A stretch of 64,000 nt of DNA from Eledone cirrhosa (GCA_964016885.1 OZ024743.1:111662001-111726000); one strand, 5' to 3'; shown: positions 21,449 through 34,279, numbered from the stretch's first letter. Program-made: numbers and translations. The notes: generated by a model from the sequence alone, not told the origin.

Positions 21449-24103
21449 AAGCGTTAATTAAAACCAAAATATATAATACATATATTCATATGTATATGCG
21501 TCTGTTGAAGGGTTATATGCGTTTGTTTCTAACCATACACATTTTATAGGAAAATATATTACTAGTTATAGACATGATAAGACAAACTGTCTCCTGTCTT
21601 TTAAGCAACATCATATCCGGGTTGGACAGTTGAGTTGGAATTCGTTTAAGATTATAATATGTAATAGAATTATTACTTTGTATACATCTAATTAAATATT
21701 TGTGAATATAGCTTATTGCGCCCATTAAACAAAGTTTTGTATCTATGATTATGAAAAATTTCTAAAGGAATGTGATTTCGAAGCGGAGTTAAATATGTTA
21801 ACGCACCTGCAGCTATATGATGATGTTATTCGGATACATAAAAGAATTATTGTGTATGAGACAATAGAAATGACTCGAGGTCAGTATCCAAGGGATTTTC
21901 GCCGAAGAATTATTACGTTGATGTTGTTTACCTCGTTCGTGACGCATTCTTTGTCTGTGACGTATGTCAAATTTGATTGCACTCTCAACTATTGTTTTCT
22001 ATCTTGTCTACAACAATACTTGCCGATGGGGACATTGTCATTTATATGGTCACTTTGAGACTGATATCGCATCGGTTCTTTTTATTAATAAGCCGTGCAG
22101 AGCGTGGGGGAATTAAGAGCCAATCTATGTGGATACGCTGAAGGCTTGACACGACTCAGACTCATTGACACCATAATCGATCACAGAGCCTCTGGAAAGT
22201 GCTGTGTACATATCGATGGTACAATCATTGACCTTCTGTACAAGAAAGCTATTAAATAAGCACTTACATTTCTCCCTGGCTGATTTATGAGCTGTCAACC
22301 ACGGTTATAAAACCTAATACTCGCCTCTCTTAATACATTCCCTTCTATATTATACAAGGGACAACGCATTGAATCCATCCTTACCCTCTCATGTCACTAG
22401 AACCCGATGTATAAAATACAAATTTCAGTTCATGAAAGGCGGAACCATTGCAAACATTTCCGGTCGAAAGAAATAAAACGACATCAAGAACCAGTTCAGC
22501 TTAGTCTTAAAGCTTAGCAGCAAAACGTGCCAGGCAGTATCTGCATAATTATATTAATCATGCGCCTTCTAAAGTAAGAGGAGGGATGGTGCGGATATAT
22601 GCATTCAGTAAATAGAATTAAACAAAGCTATAGCGCCTGGTTTGATGCGTATTATTGGTACAAAGACCGGCACTCGTTATGAGTAAAAACATTGCAGTTT
22701 TATTGTCTTGCAACCAATTTGTTATTAGTGATAAAGTACAAGCGGTGACTTCATAATGCTGAACTAAAACTATGTAGAGATTTGAAAGATACGTGAAAAC
22801 GAATAAAATGATGTCGAAAATTAACAAATTATCGACCAGGTACTGTAGTTGTCAAGTATATTAATAATGATAATAAATGTGCACCCCTCCAGAATATAAA
22901 ACCCTTTACATTTAACGCAACAGAAACAGCAGATTCAATCAGTTACTAGAGGGAATATCATGTCAGAACGGAGATTAAAGCTGATTACACTGTGTATGAA
23001 ATTCTCTAGAACACAGGGACATTTTAAAATTCAATTTCCACAACTTCAAGGAAAGGTTTAAAGAGCCTCTTGCAATTGTTATGGAATATGTTATGCGTCC
23101 ATATTGGTTAGAATTTAACGATATAGAAAAGTGTTCTGATAGTCTTTTCTAGATCTTTAATCTAATAATTCTAACGAATTTATATCAGTTGACAGAGCAA
23201 CGATTGTAAGATATTTCCATAACCAATTGCTCAATACAAAAGCACGTATTCAGGAAATAGTTATTGAAAAGTTATATTTACTCAAGCATCACATAGATTA
23301 AAGTAGATCCAATATTTGCATCTTAAATTTAATCAGTCCCTTCAAAGCTATTCAAAATGAATGCAGATCGATGGTTGCATACTTCGAAAGGGACATAATA
23401 TATAAAAGTATAAAGATGGACAAAGCTATACTCATATGCATATATTAAGCTTTCAATAAAATAGAAAGTTTTGTAATATGTCAATTGAAATTACAATGAA
23501 GGGATCAGAGATACCTTTGATCAGGCCCGTTAACCACGGCTTGAATGCGTGTTTTAGAATGTTCCAAATTTTACTAAGATGTTTTAATATTATTTTATTG
23601 AATTATACTTTGGGTATCTTCAAGAGATTATATCTCATGATATTATTCTATTAAATGTACCCATAAATATAATATAGTATTACGGTTTATTCACCACCTC
23701 GAGTTTAGTATTATAGTCTAAAAAAGTTCAATACATGAAATAAAAGTAGGTTCTCTATATTTACAACCAATCAGCTGCGATGATGTCTGAATATATATGA
23801 ATGAAACCATTTTGATGTCAGTTTTAACTATGTGGGAAATATGGGATACACGCTGTCAATATAAATAGATTAATGAGTTTCATGATTAAAAATTAAATAG
23901 CGAAGAGTAGACAATACTAAAACTACTAAACAAATATTAATTAAAATTTCAATTTTCTAGCAATGCGTAGGCACAACAGACAATTACGGTTTTTTTAAGC
24001 GAATCAGAGCCGTAGCAAATATTGGTGACCGGAATTATATCGCCAGTGTTGTAATGTATCTGGGTCAAAACAAAAAAATATTCAGCAAGTCGTTCCATCT
24101 ACA

Positions 24104-24296
24104 TAATAATTGTTTCTACTTTTGGCACAAGGCCAGTAATTATCACAGTATATTACTGATGCTTTATTTTATCGACCCCGTAAGAATGAAAGGCAAAGTT
24201 AACCTCCGCGGGATTTGAACTCAGAGCATAAAGGGACGTAACTCTTTGCTGCAAAGCATGGCGTCCAACCCTCTACCGATACTGCCAATCCACCGC
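24104..24296 (-). mobile_element. SINE family 1 copy
   Basis: Matches 5611-5810; a 3' fragment follows at ~24439-24535. Confidence 0.9.
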
Positions 24297-24582
24297 ATAA
24301 TAATATGAATAAAATTTAAACTTGGGGTGAGTTAAATTTACTTTAATTTTAAATTTCGCATTGTAGAGAACGCTGCAATCTCACTTGCATTGTAATCATA
24401 CAGGTAAAAATGTTTCTAACAGACGCCTCTAAAATTTGATAATTATTTCTACTTTTGGCACAAGGCCAGCAAATATCCAGTGTATTACTGGTACTTTATT
24501 TTATCGACCCCATAAGGATGAAAGGCAAAGTTAAGCTCTAAAATTTAATAATGTATTGAATCAAAGTTTACTATCATTACAC

Positions 24583-24613
<31 letters not shown>

Positions 24614-24614
24614 C

Positions 24615-24900
24615 TTTGGCCAAGTATTCGTGAGAGGGTCTTGAGGACAGGGTCATCAATCATACCCAGGAAACGCCGTATGTCAATACGGCGCTCTTCC
24701 TACTCTATCAAGAGTTTCGGGACCTGACATACAGCTTTGAATTCTTCATTGAACCAATGCGTTTTACTGCCCACTGCCCCCAACATTTATCAGCTGGAGC
24801 AAAAACTGCCGAGCTGAATAGTCTCCACCCCGTTTCTACTAGTAGTAGCAGCAGTAGCATCAGCTGGATCAGCAAAAGCAGCATTGTCTGAATTTTATAA
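24615..24900 (-). pseudogene. Possible distant Tx1-like ORF1 N-terminal fragment
   Basis: Minus-strand translation WFNEEFKAVCQVPKLLIE*EERRIDIRRF weakly resembles ORF1 WKIINQEQTWANLTVPAEAIEAVEKRTVHFR. Confidence 0.3.
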
Positions 24901-25074
24901 CTGGTTTTGTGATTTTGTATAAACCAGCATCGATTTATTTCTGTTGTAATTATATATGGTTGTTTCCTAATTTCTCAGCCTCTTGACAAATAAAAAAAAC
25001 ACATCTTTCTTTAAAAACTAAATAAGAATCATTATAGGAAAAATTGATATCCTTGTGTCTGAATGAGAAACCAT

Positions 25075-25272
25075 GTGGATTGGCAGTATCTGTAGAAGGT
25101 CGGACGACATGCTCTTGCAGCATAGAGTTACGCCGCTTTACGGTCTGAGTTCAAATCCCGCCGAGGTTAACTTTGCCTTTTATCCTTACGGGTCGATAAA
25201 ATGCCGGCAATTATTCCAGTAACGCACTGGTAAAGTGTCTGGCCTTGTGCCAACAAGAGAAACAATTATTAT
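25075..25272 (+). mobile_element. SINE family 1 copy (diverged)
   Basis: gtggattggcagtatc...gagttcaaatcccgccgagg...ggccttgtgccaacaagagaaacaattatt. Confidence 0.88.
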
Positions 25273-25947
25273 AACATCTACCTCAGTTCAGCAACAACTT
25301 ACAATAAGCAAACACTACAGCGCTAAATAAAGATGTGTTGTATAATACGAGTGCCGGATAAAAATTTAATACAATGAAAAATTCAGAGGCTGACCAAAAT
25401 ACACATAAAATGACAAAATAAGGTATATTTTTCGACATAGTCCTTAAAAAGAAACATTGCTGTTATTAATAAAAAGAATGAGGATAAAGATAGATTGAAG
25501 GGACGGACGGATTGTAATTGGAAAAAATGTCTTTAGATAAAAATAACAGGTCCATTCATGTTGACATCTCTTGCAAACTGTTGGTGCTGGCGTTTTGTGT
25601 ATGACTTATTTTTCGGAAAAATAGATGATGGAGCGCGTCTACCTAAAATGAAAAAAAAAACGTTTTGTAAAAAGAGCTATAACTGAGCACATGCGTAAGC
25701 ATGTGTGTGTGTGAGTGTGTGTTTGTATCTGTTTGTGTGTTATTATACGTCCGTACGAAGCTAAGAATAAATGTGTGTAAATGAGTGTGCGTGCATTTAA
25801 GTACGAAGCTATGATGAAAAGTATGTTAATATAAGGGTGAAGGGAAGAGTGGAGTGAGCATATATAGTCGGCCTGTAATAGTTGTTAGAAATGTTAATGA
25901 TCAAGAGAAAGCGATTGGAAGCTAAGCGTGTAATAATGGACAGGGTA

Positions 25948-26875
25948 TTAGAGAAATTGGGGAGGTGAGTTGAATCCAAGAGGGAAATAGGACCCAAGGC
26001 GGTGAATCAAACTTTGTTGAGTCCTGGTGTGGGGGGCCTCTGATCCATGATGTAAAATGACACCCAAGACTGAAACATGTAGGGAAGAATGACCAGAAGA
26101 ACAGAAATGACGGGCGACAGGAGTATCCAAACCGAGTTGTATGTCCCTCAAATGCTCAGCAAAACGGTCCGCCATACGGCGTCCCGTTTGTCCGGTATAT
26201 AAAAACCCACAAAGGGAACACCTGAGGGCATAGACAACGTGGGTCGATGTGCAGATGAACGAGTGGTGCATACGGAATGACCCGTTAGGGCCTGTAAGAG
26301 GGGTGAGAGTGCAAATGAAGGGACAAGTGTTGCAAAGGGAACGGGAACAAGGATGAGAACCGGGTGGAGTCGTGGGAGATGACGAGAAGTAACTGCGAAC
26401 CAGGAGGTCGCTGAAGTTGCGGGCGAGCTTAAAAGCAGTAATGGGTGGGTTTGGAAAAAAGCGAGAAGTGATGGGGGTCAGAAAAGGGGATGCGGAAGGA
26501 TCGGAGGATATGTCGCCGGAGTGGTAGGGGGTGGGTGGTAGGTGGGAGGGAAAGGAACGCGGGTGCTGGGAGGGTGGTGTGAAGTGAGAGGGCTGTGGAG
26601 GCAGTCTGTTTTACGGGCGCGGGTGAGAGCAGCTTGGATCAGAGTGGGGGGATATCCTCGCTGGATGAATCAGGAAGCCATGCGAAGAGAATGGGTTTCG
26701 AAATCGTCGTCCTGGCTACAGAGCCGACGAAGATGGAGGAATTGGGAGGAGGGTATGGAGTGTTTGGTGTGGCTTGGAAGGGAGGAGGTGAAGTAGCGGT
26801 AAGATTGGCAGTGTGTTGATTTAATGAAGATGGAAATAGAGAGGGTGTGGTTGGTATAAACGCAAACCACGGGCG
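25948..26875 (-). pseudogene. Penelope-like element 3' half: RT thumb, Zn-linker and GIY-YIG endonuclease (Neptune-type)
   Basis: SIPSSQFLHLRRLCSQDDDF; RGYP; PCSRSLCNTC; CTSTHVVYALRCSLCGFLYTGQTGRRMADRFAEHLRDI..PVARHF..H..GFN; frameshifted. Confidence 0.9.
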
Positions 26876-27117
26876 AGGATGGAGCGCCCAGCGTCGGAGA
26901 GTGGTAGGCCCTGGGGTATGATGACTACAGTGCAGGGACGTGTGGAAGTGAAAGAGTTGGAGGCGGAAGTGTTAAGATGGTTGGGCAAAGCGTGTACAGA
27001 TTCAGTGGTGAGGAGAGGAAAGGGGGTGGTAGGTGACATGATAGAGTGGTTAGGGTTGCAGGTGATATGAGTATGGGTGGTGATGGCAGGCGGGGACCGG
27101 AGAAAGTCGAGGAATCT

Positions 27118-27398
27118 AAAGTCTGTCTAGTCTTAAGCCAGAAGCCTGAACAGGCCGGTGCTTATCCAAGTTTCATGGCGTGAAGCGACTGAGAGTGCAA
27201 TACACCCCCACCGGACAGGACGCCAGTCTATCACTGAGTTAAATCCCCAGCTATTGCTGGTACTCATTTTCAGCTGAGTATTAGGGAGCAACGTGAAATA
27301 AAGTGTTTTGCTCAAGTAAAAAACACGAAACCCAGGAATCGAACCCACGACATTATGATCGTAAGATCAACACCCTTACCGCTAGGTCACGTGCCTCC
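27118..27398 (-). mobile_element. tRNA-derived SINE family 2 (CORE/V-domain-like body)
   Basis: TGACCTAGCGG A-box, GGTTCGATTCC B-box, CTTGAGCAAAACACTTTATTTCAC, GACTGGCGTCCTGTCC, tail GCTTCACGCCATGAAACTTGGATAAGC; second copy at 54724-54972. Confidence 0.85.
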
Positions 27399-27429
<31 letters not shown>

Positions 27430-27531
27430 GAGAAGAAAGAAGTATACTGCGTGGTTGCACATGGGTTACATATAAAAAAATTACTCCCTCGTCAGTGATT
27501 TGCCAACCATCATTGATATTTCATCGCATTA

Positions 27532-27713
27532 TGGATTGGCAGTATCGGTAGAAGGTCGGACGCCATGCTTTCAAGCATAGGGACGTCCCTTTACGATCTG
27601 AGTTCAAATCCCGCCGAGGTTGACTTTGCCTTTCTATCCTTACGGGGTCGATAAAATAAAGTACCAGTAATATACTGAGTAATTGCTGGCCTTGTGCCTA
27701 AAGTAGAAACAAT

Positions 27714-27716
<3 letters not shown>
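27532..27716 (+). mobile_element. SINE family 1 copy
   Basis: Near-identical to 32426-32612. Confidence 0.9.
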
Positions 27717-27768
<52 letters not shown>

Positions 27769-27957
27769 CCCCATGTATGCACTAAATGGCGGACGTATTA
27801 GAGTTTGGGTAGCTTCACTCAGGTATTTATCTAGCTGTGGAGGTGACATTGTTGAGATAATTGATAATTGTGAAAGTATAAAGCATAGCCAACTTTCAGC
27901 TTATTGTACATACAGACGGGAATTTTTCTAGTCTCATTTCACGAAGTAGACAATACA

Positions 27958-28146
27958 TAATTGTTTCTACTGTAGGCACAAGGCCAGCAATTACTCAGTA
28001 CATTACTGGTACTTTATTTTATCGACCCCGTAAGGATGAAAGGCAAAGTTAACCTCGGCGGGATTTGATCTCAGATTGTAAAGGGACGTAACTATGCTAG
28101 AAAGCATGGCGTCCAACCCTCTACCGATACTGCCAATTCACTGCCA
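27958..28146 (-). mobile_element. SINE family 1 copy with 16-bp TSD
   Basis: GTAGACAATACATAAT at 27946-27961 and 28148-28163. Confidence 0.93.
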
Positions 28147-28263
28147 TGTAGACAATACATAATATTTAATTTCAATATTCCAATCTACGAGAGACTTGCC
28201 CTGTCCTCTGATTTCAAATGCATTTTTAAAAATAATCGTGGTCATGATCGTGATCAATATCAC

Positions 28264-28283
28264 GATCGTCATCATCACCATGG

Positions 28284-28348
<65 letters not shown>

Positions 28349-28390
28349 GTCATCGTCAGTATCATCATCATCATCGTCATTATCATCATT
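28264..28390. repeat. (ATC)n microsatellite
   Basis: Directly visible. Confidence 0.95.
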
Positions 28391-28614
28391 AACGTCAGCA
28401 GGCATGTCATACTCACCGACACAAAGCGTATAGCAACGTAGCAAAGAAACATGGTGTCTAGAAGAAGAAGAAGAATATTTTTTTGTTCGGTTATATCAGG
28501 AAAAAAAGAGGGGCTGTCAAAACATGACACATGTCGCCCTTAGACATTTCTGTCATCTTGCAAATCACACTAATGAAGACATCGTTCCGTCTGTCAACAC
28601 CCCACACGTCGCAT

Positions 28615-28724
28615 TGTAGTACTAGCAGCAACAGCAGCAGCAGCAGCAGCAGCAGCGGTAGTAGTAGTAGTAGTAGTAGAAGATGCAGTATTGTTTGCTG
28701 TGGTGGTGGTAGTGGTAGTAGTAT

Positions 28725-28783
<59 letters not shown>

Positions 28784-30005
28784 TGGGCAGTAGAGTAATA
28801 GGTGCAATATTAGTCGTTGTGAGTGTGGTGGTAGTGGTGAGGTAATGATGCTGGTGGCGATAGTGATTTTGATGACTGTGGTGCTGAATCCTGATTTGAC
28901 TGGTAGTGATGTGGATGGTGTTGGGGGTGGATTTATGGTGGCTGTGGTGCTTGTGGTACTTGTGGTACTAGCAATGATGAGGAGGAGGTTAAAGACGATA
29001 GTGGACGTGGTGGTGGTGGTGGAGGTAGTGCTGGTGCTGTTGGTGGTGGAGGTGGTGCTGTTGCTGTCGCTGGTGGTGGTGGTGCTGGTGGTGGTGGTGC
29101 TGGTGCTGGTGATGCTGGTGCTGGTGTTGGTGGTGTTGGTGGTGTTGGTGGTGTTGGTGTTGGTGGTGCTGGTGTTGATGTTGGTGGTGCTGGTGTTAGT
29201 GCTGGTGTTGGTGATGTTGGTGTTGGTGGTGCTGGTGTTGGTGTTGGTGGTGCTGGTGCTGGAGATGCTGGGGCTGGCGGTGCTGGTGGTGCTGGTGTTG
29301 GTGGTGCTGGTGTTGGTGGTGCTGGTGTTGGTGTTGGTGGTGCTGGTGCTGGAGATGCTGGGGCTGGCGGTGCTGGTGGTGCTGGTGTTGGTGGTGCTGG
29401 TGTTGGTGGTGGTGGTGCTGGTGCTGGAGATACTGGTGCTGGTGTTGCTGGTACTGGTGCTGGTGGTGCTGGTGCTGGTGTTGCTGGTGGTGGTGCTGGT
29501 GATGCTGGTGATGCTGGTGCTGGCGGTGCTGGTGGTGCTGGTGTTGGTGTTGCTGGTGGTGATGCTGGTGATGCTGGTGATGCTGGTGCTGGCGGTGCTG
29601 GTGGTGCTGGTGGTGGCGATGCTGGTGTTGGTAGTGCTGGTGTTGGTGTTGGTGTTGGCAGTGCTGGTGGTGGCGGTGCTGGAGGTGGTGGTGGTGGTGC
29701 TGGTGGTGGCGGTGCTGGTGTTGGTGGTGGCGGTGCTGGTGTTTGTGGTGGTGGTGGTGGTGGCGGTGCTGGTGCTGGTGATGCTGGTGCTGGTACGGGT
29801 ACTGGTGGTGGCGGCAGTGGCGGTGGTGGTCGTGCTGCTGCTGGTGCTGGTGGTGGTGCTGATGGTGGTGGTGGTGGTGGTGGAAATAATGGAGGTGATA
29901 TTGTTGGTGGTGATGGTGTTGTAGATGATTTTTACGATGAAGGCGATGTTGCCGATGAAGATGAACATGACGAAAATATTGATGATGATAGTGATGCTGG
30001 TCATG
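28615..30005. repeat. Complex trinucleotide array: (AGC)n, (AGT)n, then degenerate (GGT/GCT/GTT)n
   Basis: Directly visible; explains the poly-Thr/Ser and poly-Val/Leu ORFs. Confidence 0.92.
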
Positions 30006-30299
30006 ATTATAACAATGGCGAGGATGTACTGTTAGTGTTAAGATTTAAACCTAACGAAGAAAGAATATATCGGTTTTGTTTAGCTAAAAGCAATGTAACT
30101 TTGATCGAGAAGACATATCATCAAAGACATTGATATCGTGACTATCTCTTCTGTTTTGAGGGTATATACAATGATAGTATACAATTCATCCGCCCCAATT
30201 TGATGACGGATAGGTGAGAATTTGGGGAATATAAAAGCGATGACAAGGATAATGCAACTAATATAGCTAAAATTAACTAGCCGAAAGTTAGTGGTTTAC

Positions 30300-30852
30300 C
30301 CGAATTGAGGAAATTAGCGGGTTGCATTATTTGTTCTGGCCGTGTATTTTCTAAGTTTACATCCCACTAAGGCCAACTATGTCTTCTGTGGTCGATAAAG
30401 TACCAGTCCGGTAGTGAGACTAATTTTACTGGCCTTGAAATTCAATTAGAAATCAATTCTAATTAGCGATACCCGTATTGTTACCTAATTTTTTTAAATT
30501 AATCTTGTTTGTATTTTAATACACGAATATATTGCCCTTCATAGCATTTATTTTATTATAATGAATTTATCAATTGTCTCTGTATTTGTTCATTAGTTGA
30601 AGTTGCTTAATGTTATACCATTATGCAAAGGTTACACGGTGATAGGTTGGTGATATGGATACTGTGTCGGAGAACATGTTTTGTAGCATAGTTACTCCCT
30701 TTATATTCTGAGTTTCAATCACGCTGATGTTGGCTTTACTTATCAATCTTATGGGGTCGATTGAATAAAGTATTATTAATGCACTGGATTGGGTATAATC
30801 GACTTTCCTCTTCACTTCAAATTGCTGCCTCGTTCCAAATGTAGAAATAATT
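30300..30852 (+). mobile_element. Two old degenerate SINE family 1 relatives (~30300-30450 and ~30640-30852)
   Basis: ggtcgataaagtaccag...actggccttg...agaaatca; ggggtcgattgaataaagta...aatcgactttcctc...ttgctgcctcgttccaaatgtagaaataatt. Confidence 0.65.
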
Positions 30853-31069
30853 ACTTAAATATTATAGTTGTCTATCAGCCTTCGTCGCATATGTATGTTT
30901 AAACTTGCGTGTTAAACAATTAAATTAGTTCCCTGGTTTATTTCCGTAAGCGTAACATTCGAGATTGATTAATAATATTATAAATACGCCATTTAGTAAG
31001 TGAATGAGGTCAATGATGTTATCTTTATTTTTCTGATATAATGTGTATTAGTATTTCTAAATATATTCC

Positions 31070-31430
31070 GATCACCGTTCCCTCTGGATGGGCCTGGCCT
31101 GCCACCGGGTATCAATATCGTCTCGCAAAACAAGACAGGATCCACCAGATATCCTATTCTCGCGGAATGCCAGCGATCCTGAATGTTACAGACTTCCTTC
31201 CTTGGTACGAAGAGTATAACACGATTTAGATTGTCAGAATGAGGTCCCCAGAATGCTTGACGGCCAGAGTTACTGTTTTGAAAAGCACTGCAATGTCAGC
31301 GAATTGATTTGCTTGAGATCTATCCTCTACTACGGGCATAATGTCTTTCAATGCCTTTTCGCATTCATTTTGTGGCCCCACATCTGACCGTCCCGATATA
31401 TCCATCTAAGGAATGACTGTTCCTGATCTT
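31070..31430 (-). pseudogene. Fourth Tx1-like ORF1 fragment
   Basis: Hand translation CEKALKDIMPV..QFADIAVLFKTVTLAVKHS..LYSSYQGRKSVTFRIAGIPRE*DIWWILSC aligns to ORF1 IEAALKYIRE..QYGTVSVLFKSEALAVKHS..MYPSHMGKRIARVRIPRIPPGLDMWWLLGC. Confidence 0.8.
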
Positions 31431-31887
31431 GTGTTTTACTGCTTAATTAAGTTGGTAGCGTGTGTCAAAAATCGTCTTTTTTTAATGTTAAGGGTGAATA
31501 ATTCAGCTGTGGCAACGAATGTATATCTGGAGTTGTTATTCATTTTCTTCTTGTTATTGTTGTTGCTAAAGGACAGTGGATTGGCAGTACAGCCCGCACA
31601 CACTACTGACACATATTCCTGTGATTACGTCCATGCATGCTTGTTTCACTTGAGCACACACACACACATACACTCCAACACACGCAAACATACGCAAACA
31701 TACGCACTATACATTGGTTACCTCCCTTCCTAAACATTTCTAACACCAAACATACCACTTGACAAATCATAGATAGGTGACTGAATTCGCACGTGAGAGT
31801 TTTTTTCTACCCAATTTTTTCTCCTTTTTCCCCGTTCTTTCCTCTCATCACCGTTTCCTTTCTATTTATATTCTATTTCTCACTCTC

Positions 31888-31925
31888 TCTTCTAATGAAA
31901 GACTAGTGTCCGAAACGTTAACACT
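31888..31925 (+). ncRNA. Degenerate minimal PLE-type hammerhead
   Basis: CTAATGA-AAGAC-TAGT-GTCC-GAAACGTTA; G5>A change and decayed stem I. Confidence 0.4.
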
Positions 31926-32044
31926 CTTCTTGCTCTTTCAAGAGTTAAACTATTATATTTCTTCCATGTACTGTGCCGTTCGTTTTGTAATTTTTGTAAT
32001 TTTTGTTTACCTTTTACACACTCGAACACGTACACTCACAAACA

Positions 32045-32101
<57 letters not shown>

Positions 32102-32134
32102 TGGAAAATGTGTGAGATCCTTGGAACAGTTAGG

Positions 32135-32677
32135 TATATTTGAAAAAAAGGAAAATAATGACTTCACTTGTAGTGTTAAAATATTTTTGATTTAATGTTA
32201 TAATATTATAATATTATGAGTTGGTAGATCCAGTAAGTTCTTTGTTAACTTCGGTGGGAAGAATTTTAGAGGTTCCTGGTTAACTTGGGTTTGGAGAACT
32301 TTCTCACAATCGTCTGTCTGTGGCGATTGTCAAACTGAGATCAGGTTGAACCCAAGTTAACGAGGAATTTCTAAAATTCTTCCCACTGAAGTTAACAAAG
32401 AACTTACTGGATCTACCAACTCATATGGATTGGCAGTATCGGTGGAGGGTCGGACGCCATGCTTTCCAGCAACGTTACGTCCCTTTACGATCTGAGTTCA
32501 AATCCCGCCGAGGTTGACTTTGCCTTTCATCCTTACGGGGTCGATAAAATAAAGTACCAGTAATGAACTGGGTAATTGCTGGCCTTGTGCCTAAAGTAGA
32601 AACAATTATTATAATATCATAACATTATATCAAAACTTTTTTAACACAACAATTGAAGTCATTATTTTCCTATTTTT

Positions 32678-32684
<7 letters not shown>
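32135..32684. repeat. Fold-back element (~155 bp imperfect arms) with its right arm split by a SINE
   Basis: 32135-32291 is complementary to 32350-32425 plus 32607-32684. Confidence 0.85.
32426..32612 (+). mobile_element. SINE family 1 copy
   Basis: Full body and tail ggccttgtgcctaaagtagaaacaattatt. Confidence 0.92.
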
Positions 32685-32763
<79 letters not shown>

Positions 32764-33032
32764 TACTCTTTTATTCTTCTATCTGTTCCAGCCATCCGAC
32801 TGAGGCCATGCTGGGCACCGCCCTTGAATATATATATATATATTTATTTACATGTATAGAGGGTTGGCTAACATCCATGAGCTTGGCTGGTCTCGATTGC
32901 GGCTGAAGCCAGATCAGTTAGAGACGGCCGTTTCTGACAGGATCACTGAAAGGGAGGTTTTGAGGACTATGTACCCCCCCCCCCCCCCCACTTCCAAACT
33001 TCTCAGGATTAAGTGTGTGAAGAAAATGAAAC

Positions 33033-33065
<33 letters not shown>

Positions 33066-33245
33066 GATATCCACGGAAAGTTGTGGGGTCCAGTCTGCAT
33101 GAAGAACTCAATGTAATCCATATGTTGAAAATGTTGTAGGTCAAAATAAATCCCGGAAAACAATAAAATATTAAAAGTAAAACAGAGTCGTGATATCAGT
33201 TAAAACAATGAAATAAAAAATCAAGTCATTAGAAATATACTTCAC

Positions 33246-33380
33246 TGCTTTACGATCGTTTCTAGGTGATGATAATACATCGAAACTATACTTCGATCTC
33301 GATCTATGTAAGGTTAGTTAAAAATATCAGATGAAGTGAATATTTACTTACATGCATATCACCAGCTGTTGTCAAAAGCA
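33246..33380 (-). ncRNA. Type I hammerhead-like motif, U3-A8 variant with long stem II
   Basis: TGCTT-TTGACAA-CAGC-TGGTGAT...ATCACC-TA-GAAAC-GATC-GT-A-AAGCA; same family as the 10015 palindrome, with a shared flank (~9910, ~33080, ~41610). Confidence 0.55.
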
Positions 33381-34279
33381 ATATATATATATATATAATA
33401 TATGTGCATGTCACAGTGGAAACTATATACGTATGAGGCAGGATCTATGTAGTGGTTTAAATTGCAGGAAACCTCTGTCTAATCAACATCTACTTTTAAA
33501 ACGGGCAAGAAACATAATGTACAATTATTCTAATCATAATGTATAATTATTGTAATATATATTATAACTGAAAAAACAAAAACAACTTGCATACTCCTGT
33601 TTAGCGTGTTGGGTCAATGTGATGTGTGCTGGGGGAAGATATGTAAAGAAACACCAATGAAAGCAAAAACAAAAACTAATAACATGTTGAAGATGAAATA
33701 AAGACGTTTGGTATTCTAAGGAAGTAAATAGTTCCATTATTTGTAGACTGAACAAAACATAAAGTTAATGAGATATACCCATTTTGCAGGTTATATACAC
33801 AGAAAACTATAAGATTGTATTATAGGCCTTTCGTTGAAACATATTGTAAACACCTCAAACAAAGAACTAAGATAATGAAAAAATGACCATAAACTGTTAT
33901 AGCAGTTCACACAAAAAAGAATAATTAAGTCAAATCTCGAACACGACAGAAAAGCCCCAGCAGAGATAAATATACCTCTGAATGTAAGGGAGAAATATTC
34001 AAATATTAACTACTCAACAATTAGAGTTATCTGGTATGTAAAATGAACACATGAATAAAATTCATAATAGCACATACCATGGGGATGATAAAAAAAGTTT
34101 TAGACGAAGAACTATAATAAAAACGCCAGGACATGATATATATAAGTCACGCAGAAAATAGCACTAAAAGACATTGCACGTATATGATGTTGAAGAAACG
34201 CAATACAATAAACATAAAGGAACAAAACCGTGCAAATTCTGGACGTTGTACTGGAAATATTTTTTAATAAATTCTTCCC

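Noticed and set aside
21780-23800. Possible decayed DNA transposase
   Set aside because: Coding-like texture, but no motif, TIR or ORF I can support; needs blastx
28724-30004. 426-aa Thr/Ser-rich and 359-aa Val/Leu-rich ORFs as mucin or membrane proteins
   Set aside because: Open on both strands because of the trinucleotide array; no domain, signal peptide or splice evidence
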